The notes under the pieces were generated by a model that saw only the letters and a list, made by a program, of their open reading frames with translations, had not been told where the DNA came from and searched no databases. Source: an uncultured Alphaproteobacteria bacterium (GTDB taxonomy: Bacteria > Pseudomonadota > Alphaproteobacteria > Rs-D84). Taken from it: a stretch of DNA of 64,000 nucleotides. Every line of letters begins with the position of its first letter. Positions within the stretch are counted from its first letter, which is position 1. Where the stretch lies: the NCBI GenBank assembly GCA_944390225.1, contig CALXPB010000004.1:2366-66365 (forward strand), given 5' to 3'. Below are positions 8,862-15,344 of this stretch, in pieces. The translations under genes were made by a program, and so were the position numbers.

Positions 8862-9785
8862 ATGAAAAAGTGTCCGTTTTTTGGTGTTTGTGGTGGTTGT
8901 AAATTCGATTTTACCGCATCTGATTATCGCGATAAAAAGATTGCTTTACTTGATAAATTGCCCATAACCGAGGAACCTTTTTGGACAGAACCTTTTTCAA
9001 GACGTAGAGCAGACTTTGCTTTTGCCGACGGAAAGTTCGGTTTTTATCAGCATCATTCAAAAAAAGTCGTTTCAATAGATTATTGCCCTTTGTTATTACC
9101 AGAAATAAATAACATATTACCAAAAGTATCTTCTTTGCCTTGGAACAGTGCAGGTTCTTGTTTAATAACCGCTTGCGATAACGGAATAGATATAGCAATA
9201 ATGTCCCCGACACCTTATTTTACGACAGAGTTTAAAAATGCTGTTTCTTTAATAGACGCAATACGAATAACTTGGAACGGGAAGATAATAAAGCAAATAA
9301 AAACTCCGGTAATTAATTTCGGTGGGGTAAAGGTAGATTATCCGTCAGGTGCTTTTTTGCAGCCCACAGTGCAAAGCGAAAATTATCTGCGAGAAATGGT
9401 TCTTGATGCTGTAAAAGGTGCAAAAAAAGTTGCCGATTTATTTTGCGGTTTGGGGAATTTTACTTTCGCGTTAAAGGCGGACGGATTCGATATTTTCGGT
9501 ATAGGTGTGAAAAGAGACCTGTTTAAAAAGCCTTTAAGTGCTGGTATGTTGGGGAAATATGATTGTGTTGTTCTGGATCCACCACGTGCAGGAGCTTGGG
9601 CGCAGTGTAAAGAATTGGTAAAAAGTAATATTAAACGCATAGTATATGTTTCTTGTAATCCGGATACCTTTAAAAAGGACTGTGAAATTCTGACTGGTGG
9701 CGGATATAAAATGTCTCGGTTGTGCCCGATAGACCAGTTCGTAGGTAGTTCTCATTGGGAGTTGTTCGCGGTTTTCCAGAAATAA
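8862..9785 (+). CDS. class I SAM-dependent RNA (uracil-5)-methyltransferase, TrmA/RlmD family
   Basis: N-terminal Fe-S Cys cluster CPFFGVCGGCKF, SAM/catalytic motifs VLDPPRAG and VSCNP. Confidence 0.85.
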   Translation: MKKCPFFGVCGGCKFDFTASDYRDKKIALLDKLPITEEPFWTEPFSRRRADFAFADGKFGFYQHHSKKVVSIDYCPLLLPEINNILPKVSSLPWNSAGSCLITACDNGIDIAIMSPTPYFTTEFKNAVSLIDAIRITWNGKIIKQIKTPVINFGGVKVDYPSGAFLQPTVQSENYLREMVLDAVKGAKKVADLFCGLGNFTFALKADGFDIFGIGVKRDLFKKPLSAGMLGKYDCVVLDPPRAGAWAQCKELVKSNIKRIVYVSCNPDTFKKDCEILTGGGYKMSRLCPIDQFVGSSHWELFAVFQK

Positions 9786-9812
9786 AAAACGCCGCCGTTG
9801 CCGGCGGTGTTT
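9784..9812. terminator. bidirectional intrinsic terminator, stronger on the minus strand
   Basis: aaaaaaCGCCGCCGttgcCGGCGGTGttt. The T-run is long on the minus strand (tttttt) and short on the plus strand. Confidence 0.7.
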
Positions 9813-9972
9813 CCGAATGCCCCGAAAGGAAGGAAAGGAGAAAAAGAAATTGGGCATTCTAAAATAAATTTTTGGGGCCCAGAGTCCAGAGGAGAGAGAA
9901 TGTAGGAGGGAGTCTGAATCCCCGAACCCCATGGTACTTTCGTACCCATCATCAGGTTTTATCCCTTTGACG
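9786..9972 (-). ncRNA. candidate ~185-nt small RNA with CU-rich (anti-SD-like) loops
   Basis: Bounded by a near-consensus minus-strand promoter (9979-10007) and the minus-strand terminator (9784-9812). It contains GGTAC-GAAA-GTACC (GNRA hairpin), CTCCCTCC/CTCTCTCCTCT, and an 8-bp stem GAATGCCC/GGGCATTC enclosing a 29-nt CU-rich loop. No convincing ORF. No known RNA family recognised. Confidence 0.35.
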
Positions 9973-9978
9973 AATCGA

Positions 9979-10007
9979 AATATAATACACAAAATGTGGT
10001 TTGTCAA
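9979..10007 (-). promoter_or_regulatory. sigma70-like promoter TTGACA-N17-TATATT (minus strand)
   Basis: Read on the minus strand: ttgaca aaccacattttgtgtat tatatt. A second TTGACA lies 13 nt upstream. Confidence 0.5.
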
Positions 10008-10083
10008 GTATTTTGTCAAAAAATTTTTTTGATTACTTTTTAATTATATAAAACGTGGCGGATTTGTTAGGAAATGGTCCTTA

Positions 10084-10112
10084 TTGATAAGAATTTGGGC
10101 TTGGAATAAAAT
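10084..10112 (+). promoter_or_regulatory. sigma70-like promoter TTGATA-N17-TAAAAT
   Basis: ttgata agaatttgggcttggaa taaaat, about 55 nt upstream of the HTH gene start at 10169. Confidence 0.5.
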
Positions 10113-10168
10113 CACCCATAGGTAGAATGTCCAGAACTGGATATTGTTTAAAACCAGAGGAGAGAAAA

Positions 10169-10414
10169 ATGACCCATGAAGATGTATGGCGGGCAATAGA
10201 ACGCTTTGCAACAGAACACGGAATGTCTTGTTCCGGTTTGGCAAAATGTAGTGGTTTAGATCCTACTACGTTTAATAAAAGTAAACGTTGGTCTAAGGAG
10301 GGGCAGCCAAGATGGCCGTCAACGAATAGTATTTCTAAAATATTGGCTTCCACAGGCGCAAGTATACAAGACTTTACAAAATTCATTGACCCGCAAAACC
10401 AAAGTCGAGATTGA
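10169..10414 (+). CDS. XRE/Cro-CI-type helix-turn-helix regulator (stand-alone HTH, 81 aa)
   Basis: MTHEDVWRAIERFATEHGMSCSGLAKCSGLDPTTFNKSKRWSKEGQPRWPSTNSISKIL resembles the N-terminal HTH domain of alphaproteobacterial phage-repressor-like proteins. SD gaggagag is present. Start is set at 10169 (track start 10127). Confidence 0.72.
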   Translation: MTHEDVWRAIERFATEHGMSCSGLAKCSGLDPTTFNKSKRWSKEGQPRWPSTNSISKILASTGASIQDFTKFIDPQNQSRD

Positions 10415-10438
10415 ATATTTTTTGTTTTGGATACACTA

Positions 10439-10467
10439 AGCCACGATAGGAATATCGTGGCTTTTTT
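10439..10467 (+). terminator. intrinsic terminator
   Basis: AGCCACGATAggaaTATCGTGGCTttttt: 10-bp stem. Confidence 0.8.
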
Positions 10468-10505
10468 ATTGGACAAATGCTCGGACTTTTATTATTCTTA
10501 CAATC

Positions 10506-10925
10506 GTGTTGAAAGATATTCGTATTTTTTCTGCGGATAAGATATGGCGTAAAATTTTAGCCGATTTTGATGCTGTTGTTCCAGATTCTCCGGATACGGC
10601 AGATATAAATCTAGATGATTTAGAACTGGTCCTCCCTGTCAGTGCATTGAATCTGAAAACCGCAATATTAGAAGGGCTGGATAAGACCGAGGTTTTACAA
10701 AAAATTTTCGGTAAACCAGTAAATTTATCGGAACTACAAACAAAAATAGTCGTATGGCTGTACAAATCAGGAGAAATGTCAGCAGTCGATTTAAAAAATG
10801 TTTCAGGCTATTCGCCGGATATGGCGACACATGCAATTGATACCGCAATATATCAGTTAAGAAAAATCTATGGTCGTGATTTTATCCAAAATAAAGACGG
10901 GAAATATCGCCTTGGTAAATTATAA
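10506..10925 (+). CDS. putative winged-helix (OmpR/PhoB C-terminal-like) DNA-binding protein without a receiver domain
   Basis: 139 aa with GTG start. The C-terminal LSELQTKIVVWLYKSGEMSAVDL...AIDTAIYQLRKIYGRDFIQNKDGKYRL resembles a trans_reg_C wHTH. Confidence 0.5.
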   Translation: MLKDIRIFSADKIWRKILADFDAVVPDSPDTADINLDDLELVLPVSALNLKTAILEGLDKTEVLQKIFGKPVNLSELQTKIVVWLYKSGEMSAVDLKNVSGYSPDMATHAIDTAIYQLRKIYGRDFIQNKDGKYRLGKL

Positions 10926-11580
10926 GTTAATTTCTTTTGATAAAATATCCAGTACGCAAACTTATGCGATGAACCTTATTGCAGAAGGACGGGCGCAAGA
11001 CCATCTTGTAATAATGGCCGAAGCGCAAAGCGCCGGTCGCGGACGTTTTAAAAGACCTTGGGTTTCTCACCACGGTAATTTGTATGTGAGTTTTATATAT
11101 GAAATTGAAGAACGAGATAGTACTTTATCTTATGTAATTGCCGTAGCAATTGCAGAAACTTTAATTTCTTTCGGGATAAAACCGACAATCAAATGGCCTA
11201 ATGATATTTTAATAGACGGTAAAAAGGTTTCTGGAACTTTAACCGAATATTCTGGAAACTTCGTCGTCATAGGAATCGGTATTAATATAAAATCTAATCC
11301 GACCGTTCAGAATTATCAGACTACGAAGTTAGAAAATTATGCCGACGTTCCAAAGCAAGATTTGTTAAAAAGGTTAATGAAGAATCTTGATAAATGGCGT
11401 AATGCCGATTTCGTAGAAGTTAGATCTCGTTGGATGAATTTAGCGTCTGGTTTAAACGGTGTGGTAAAATATCGCGGTGAAAAAGTGGATTTTATCGGAA
11501 TAAACGAAAACGGTGCATTGGTTCTACGTCGCGGAGCAGAGTATTTTTTGGCATACGGTGATGAAATCGTGATACGATGA
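10870..11580 (+). CDS. birA: biotin--[acetyl-CoA-carboxylase] ligase
   Basis: GRGRFKRPWVS (GRGRxGRxW), WPNDILIDGKKVSGTL. The true start may be the in-frame TTG at 10912, since the 10870 start overlaps the preceding gene. Confidence 0.85.
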   Translation: MVVILSKIKTGNIALVNYKLISFDKISSTQTYAMNLIAEGRAQDHLVIMAEAQSAGRGRFKRPWVSHHGNLYVSFIYEIEERDSTLSYVIAVAIAETLISFGIKPTIKWPNDILIDGKKVSGTLTEYSGNFVVIGIGINIKSNPTVQNYQTTKLENYADVPKQDLLKRLMKNLDKWRNADFVEVRSRWMNLASGLNGVVKYRGEKVDFIGINENGALVLRRGAEYFLAYGDEIVIR

Positions 11581-11608
11581 AAAAATTTATATTAGAAAAA
11601 AATAAAAC

Positions 11609-11637
11609 TTGACTTTATATGTTATTTATGGTATTAT
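11609..11637 (+). promoter_or_regulatory. sigma70-like promoter TTGACT-N17-TATTAT at the head of the phage-like cluster
   Basis: ttgact ttatatgttatttatgg tattat, immediately after the birA stop. Confidence 0.55.
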
Positions 11638-11664
11638 ATAAAACATAAACAGTAGAGATTGTTT

Positions 11665-11717
11665 CCGTAACAGTGTTGCGGATTTTTTTGTCGCACATAT
11701 TATGTGCGACTTTTTTT
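11665..11717 (+). terminator. two tandem intrinsic terminators in the leader of the phage-like cluster
   Basis: CCGTAAcagtgTTGCGG+attttttt (11665-11689), then GTCGCACATattATGTGCGAC+ttttttt (11690-11717). Both lie between the promoter and the first ORF (ATG 11739). Confidence 0.55.
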
Positions 11718-11738
11718 ATTAAAAAAGGCGATTTGAAT

Positions 11739-12149
11739 ATGCATCTTAAATTAATAAAAAATCCGGATGAATCAAAAAAAATTATCTATGATATATCTCG
11801 GGTTATTTATGCAGAAACGCATGCAACATCTTTACTTGTTGTTGAGGCGATGGCATCCATGATAAAAAATATTTCTATTTCATCAAAAAAAGACTTTAAA
11901 GATATTATTTCTGATGAAAGTTTATTCGACTCGTTAAAGGAAAATTCTAGAAACCATCAGTATTTAAAAATTGATTCTCAGAATCGCGCGTTTCAGATGT
12001 GCATGCGTGTTGTTAAAAGAATGCTTAACGGTGATTTAGCAGATTGTTGCTTTGGGGCAACAAAGTTTCATCACTCAGATGAAATGCCGGATTGGGCAGT
12101 GGCGCGTGGTTATATTGCCGATATAGACGGTTTGTTGTTTTACTTATAA
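11739..12149 (+). CDS. cell-wall hydrolase, SleB/Hydrolase_2-like (putative endolysin)
   Basis: VIYAETHATS...AMASMIKNI and C-terminal ATKFHHSDEMPDWAVARGYIADIDGLLFY match the Hydrolase_2 pattern (..P.WA......IG.H.FY). Start is set at ATG 11739. Confidence 0.68.
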   Translation: MHLKLIKNPDESKKIIYDISRVIYAETHATSLLVVEAMASMIKNISISSKKDFKDIISDESLFDSLKENSRNHQYLKIDSQNRAFQMCMRVVKRMLNGDLADCCFGATKFHHSDEMPDWAVARGYIADIDGLLFYL

Positions 12150-12160
12150 GAGCGTACATC

Positions 12161-12382
12161 ATGAATAAAATTATTAAAGGCGGTTTTTTAGCAGGGCATA
12201 GAACTTACATAATTTCTGGTATCGGTATTTTATCCGCAATCGGTGCATATATGGTCGGTGATACAGATGTGTTCACTATGTTGCAAGCAATCTTTACATT
12301 GGGCGGAATTTATTTTCTGCGTAAATCAAGCGAAACAAAAGGAAAGAAAAATGGAAAAAATTCCAGAAAAATTTCTAAATGA
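12161..12382 (+). CDS. putative holin (2-3 TM phage membrane protein)
   Basis: 73 aa. GHRTYIISGIGILSAIGAYMVGDTDVFTMLQAIFTLGGIYFLRKS, then a Lys-rich tail. It lies directly after the hydrolase. Confidence 0.5.
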   Translation: MNKIIKGGFLAGHRTYIISGIGILSAIGAYMVGDTDVFTMLQAIFTLGGIYFLRKSSETKGKKNGKNSRKISK

Positions 12383-13007
12383 AGACGGTACATTAAATAC
12401 TGATGCTTTATTAAAGTCTTATTCTGAATTAGAAAAGAAAATGGGAACAATGATATCCGTCCCAAATGAAAGCACCGATGAAGTAACGCGCGCAAAATTT
12501 TATCGCGCAATAGGCGTTCCTGAAAATGCAGATGCGTATCCGATGAATCCTTTATTTGATGACGCGGATTTACGTGCGCAATTTTTTGAAATCGGTTTGA
12601 CATCTTCTCAGGTTGAAAAAATTTATAAGATAGCAGAAGAATATTTATCTCCTGTTTTATCAGAATTGTTTATCGCGCAGAATGAAACAAATGAAATTTC
12701 AGAATTAAAAAATTTCTTCGGTAGTGAAGAAAAAATGAAAGAGGCTTTACGCGCTATAAATTCGTTCGGTGAAAAATATTTACCGCGTGAAGCATTTGAT
12801 GTATTATGCTCGTCAGCCCAAGGAATACAAAGCGTTTATAGGATGATGCAATCTATGGAACCAAGCGTTCAAACGGATGAAAATATATCGCAAAACTTAA
12901 CAGACGATGAGTTAAGAAGAATGATGCGCGATCCAAAATATTGGCGTGATCAAGATCCTGAATATGTAAGAAAAATAGAAAACGGTTTTAAAAAATTATA
13001 TTCATAA
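12351..13007 (+). CDS. putative capsid scaffolding/assembly protein
   Basis: 218 aa, acidic and helical. The N-terminus IPEKFLNEDGTLNTDALLKSYSELEKKMG is typical of podovirus scaffold proteins. It lies upstream of the capsid gene. Start is at ATG 12351. Confidence 0.5.
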   Translation: MEKIPEKFLNEDGTLNTDALLKSYSELEKKMGTMISVPNESTDEVTRAKFYRAIGVPENADAYPMNPLFDDADLRAQFFEIGLTSSQVEKIYKIAEEYLSPVLSELFIAQNETNEISELKNFFGSEEKMKEALRAINSFGEKYLPREAFDVLCSSAQGIQSVYRMMQSMEPSVQTDENISQNLTDDELRRMMRDPKYWRDQDPEYVRKIENGFKKLYS

Positions 13008-13110
13008 GAAAAAAATGCACTTTCTTCTTTACTATTTTTTTTCTTTAATATAAAATATAAAGTAAGAACAAAAAAATTTGTTCTATCCAAAAAGTAAAAA
13101 GGAGAGAAGA

Positions 13111-13419
13111 ATGGCATTCACATTCTTGAAACCGGCTGCAAAAAAAGTTGCTGCGAAAAAACCAGCAGCTAAACCAGCTGTAAAGAAACCAGCGGCTAAG
13201 AAGCCTGCTGCAAAGAAAGCACCTGCAAAAAAAGTAGCAGTAAAAAAAGTTGCTGCGAAAAAACCAGTTGCTAAAAAAGTTGTTGCAAAGAAAGCACCTG
13301 CAAAAAAAGTAGCAGTAAAAAAAGTTGCTGCGAAAAAGCCGGTTGCAAAGAAAGCATGCGCAAAAAAAGTTGCTGTAAAAAAACCAGTCGCTAAAAAAGC
13401 ATGCGCAAAAAGAAAATAA
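13111..13419 (+). CDS. histone H1-like / AlgP-like Lys-Ala-Pro repeat protein
   Basis: 102 aa made almost entirely of AKKPAAKK/VAKK repeats. Strong SD aaaggagag. Followed by several terminators. Confidence 0.75.
   Translation: MAFTFLKPAAKKVAAKKPAAKPAVKKPAAKKPAAKKAPAKKVAVKKVAAKKPVAKKVVAKKAPAKKVAVKKVAAKKPVAKKACAKKVAVKKPVAKKACAKRK
13211..13360 (+). repeat. 2 x 75-bp tandem repeat inside the H1-like gene
   Basis: caaagaaagcacctgcaaaaaaagtagcagtaaaaaaagttgctgcgaaaaa is identical (52 nt) at 13211 and 13286. It encodes the 25-aa unit AKKAPAKKVAVKKVAAKKPVAKK... Confidence 0.9.
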
Positions 13420-13425
13420 TTAAAT

Positions 13426-13525
13426 CCCCGCTTATGCGGGGGTTTATGTTTTTACCGCGTTTCCAGCGGTATTTTTTTTACGAAATTTTCAGTCTGATGA
13501 AGATAAGTCAGACTGAAAATTTTTT
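13426..13525 (+). terminator. three consecutive terminator-like hairpins
   Basis: CCCCGCttatGCGGGG+gtttatgttttt (13426-13452). TACCGCgtttccaGCGGTA+tttttttt (13453-13479). A 15-bp perfect stem AAATTTTCAGTCTGA/TCAGACTGAAAATTT plus T-run (13483-13525). Confidence 0.6.
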
Positions 13526-13608
13526 CAAGACAATCCGATTGTTTCGGACCTTGATATTTTTTGTTTGATGGCGCATAAAGCATAACCATGAAACAGAATC
13601 TCTTAGTT

Positions 13609-13631
13609 GCGTATTCATATACGCTTTTTTT
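13609..13631 (+). terminator. terminator-like hairpin immediately upstream of the capsid gene RBS
   Basis: GCGTATtcatATACGC+ttttttt, 25 nt before ATG 13657. Confidence 0.45.
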
Positions 13632-13656
13632 ATTTCATTAATATAAAGGAAAAATA

Positions 13657-14490
13657 ATGTCTGTTTCAATAGATCAAGTCTTCGTAAAACAGTTCGAAGC
13701 AGATGTTCATTTGGCTTATCAGCAAATGGGCACAAAACTGCGTGCCACGGTACGTAGTAAATCCGGTGTAGTTGGTGCGTCAACGACTTTTCAGAAAGTA
13801 GGACGCGGTACGGCAAGTACAAAATCTCGTCATGGCATTGTACCTGTAATGAATTTAAATCATGAACCTGTTGAATGTTTATTGCAGGATTATTATGCGG
13901 GTGATTGGGTAGACGCATTGGATGAATTAAAAACTAACGTAGATGAACGTCGTGTTGTTGCATCTGCTGGTGCCTATGCGTTAGGTAGAAAAACAGATGA
14001 ATTGATTATTTCTGCAATGAGTCAGGCAACGAATTCTGTCGGTGATTATTCTACCGGTTTAACAAAAGACTTAATTTTATCTGCGGTAGAAGAATTGAAT
14101 ACCAAAGACGTACCTGATGATGGACGTAGATTCGCCGTCGTTGGTGTGCATCAATGGAATGAATTGTTGTCAATTGATGAATTTATCTCTGCAGATTATG
14201 TAGGTAATGATTTGCCATTAGTATCTGGTGGTGCTTCTAAGAAATGGTTGGGTATTACATGGGTATTACATAATGGTTTACCTGTATCAGAAGATGATGA
14301 ACGTGATTGCTTTATTTATCATGCAACAAGCATCGGACATGCGTGCGGTCAGGAAGTAAAGACAGATATTTCATGGCATGGTGAACGAGCTGCTCACTTT
14401 ATCAGCAATAGTATGTCACAGGGAGCAGTACTAATTGATAATGACGGCATTGTACGTCTTAAATGTTTGGATGCCGATGAAACTGTTTAA
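13657..14490 (+). CDS. phage major capsid protein (probable HK97-fold, podovirus-type)
   Basis: 277 aa. FVKQFEADVHLAYQQMGTKLRATVRSKSGVVGASTTFQKVGRGTASTKSRHG..PVMNLNHEPVECLLQDYYAGDWVDALDELK resembles capsid proteins annotated in alphaproteobacterial podovirus prophages. Its position after the scaffold gene fits. Confidence 0.65.
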   Translation: MSVSIDQVFVKQFEADVHLAYQQMGTKLRATVRSKSGVVGASTTFQKVGRGTASTKSRHGIVPVMNLNHEPVECLLQDYYAGDWVDALDELKTNVDERRVVASAGAYALGRKTDELIISAMSQATNSVGDYSTGLTKDLILSAVEELNTKDVPDDGRRFAVVGVHQWNELLSIDEFISADYVGNDLPLVSGGASKKWLGITWVLHNGLPVSEDDERDCFIYHATSIGHACGQEVKTDISWHGERAAHFISNSMSQGAVLIDNDGIVRLKCLDADETV

Positions 14491-14518
14491 CAATAACCAT
14501 GAATAAAAGGATATAACT

Positions 14519-14746
14519 ATGGCTTTTCAGAATAAAAACTTATCTGTTATTGCGTATGCTAATGGTTTTACTTTATGGCATTATTCTGCTGCAGAAACAT
14601 TAGCAACTATCACTGCAAGCGGTTATTTTGACAGTGTAAAAACTTTAATGAATACAGGGGACATTATAATTATAAATGGTTCCGATAATACTTCCATAAA
14701 GAAGATAGTAGCATCTACAAATATAACTGTTGCGGCTTTATCATAA
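14519..14746 (+). CDS. hypothetical phage head-associated protein (75 aa)
   Basis: Compact ORF with SD directly after the capsid gene. No family recognised. Confidence 0.45.
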   Translation: MAFQNKNLSVIAYANGFTLWHYSAAETLATITASGYFDSVKTLMNTGDIIIINGSDNTSIKKIVASTNITVAALS

Positions 14747-14756
14747 TACAAAATAG

Positions 14757-14777
14757 GGCGGCATTTATTATGCCGCC
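14757..14777 (+). terminator. weak terminator-like hairpin
   Basis: GGCGGCATttattATGCCGCC followed by an interrupted T-rich tract. It lies between the 75-aa ORF and the tubular-A-like gene. Confidence 0.3.
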
Positions 14778-14808
14778 TAAATATTTATTCGTTAATAAAG
14801 GATATAGC

Positions 14809-15327
14809 ATGCTGACAAAAATAGATTTATGTTCCATGGCGCTGTTAAAGTTAGGCGAGAAATCAATTCAGTCTTTATTAGACGATACGCCTTCCGCGCA
14901 ATTAAGCCGAACATTATTTGACCCTGTGATAGACGCGCTTTTAGCATCGCACCCATGGCGGTTTGCGTGTAAGGTTTTCGAATTAACAAAGAACGTCGAC
15001 GGAGAATTTCTTATACCTGCGGACTGTCTGCGCGTATTAAAATGTAAAGGTGAAATCATAGGTAATAAAATAGAATCGTCTGCTGATAGTACTTCAATTT
15101 TGGCGATTGTACGAGTCCCCGTAGAAAAATTTCCCAGTTATTTCGTATCACTGGCGGCAACGAAATTGGCTATGGAATTTTGCATCCCATTAATAGGCGA
15201 GCAAAACGTATTCAGAATGTTGGCGGCATTATACGAGACTGAAATGCAATCTGCGAAGTTTATAGATAGTACGACTTCTATAAACCAAGACATAGAAAAC
15301 TTTTCGTTAATTAATGCACGTTTTTAA
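14809..15327 (+). CDS. T7 gp11-like tail tubular protein A / head-tail adaptor
   Basis: 172 aa. The N-terminus DLCSMALLKLGEKSIQSLLDDTPSAQLSRTLFDPVIDALLASHPWRF follows the gp11-family pattern (..aL..iG...i.sld......a........l...g.W.F). Start is at ATG 14809. Confidence 0.55.
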   Translation: MLTKIDLCSMALLKLGEKSIQSLLDDTPSAQLSRTLFDPVIDALLASHPWRFACKVFELTKNVDGEFLIPADCLRVLKCKGEIIGNKIESSADSTSILAIVRVPVEKFPSYFVSLAATKLAMEFCIPLIGEQNVFRMLAALYETEMQSAKFIDSTTSINQDIENFSLINARF

Positions 15328-15344
15328 TCGGGGGAGAATTTAAC

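Noticed and set aside
9786-9972. Attempted to identify the candidate RNA as SRP/4.5S RNA, 6S RNA, tmRNA or RNase P RNA.
   Set aside because: None of the conserved cores I know is present (SRP domain IV GGAAGCAGCC context, tmRNA 3' tRNA-like end, RNase P P4). It is left as an unclassified candidate.
9534-10476. Minus-strand ORFs 9534-10019, 9752-9952, 10044-10244 and 10081-10476 in the methyltransferase/HTH intergenic region.
   Set aside because: They overlap the end of the RNA methyltransferase gene, the terminator, or the well-supported HTH gene on the other strand. They lack SD sequences and have odd composition. The region is better explained by a non-coding RNA plus promoters.
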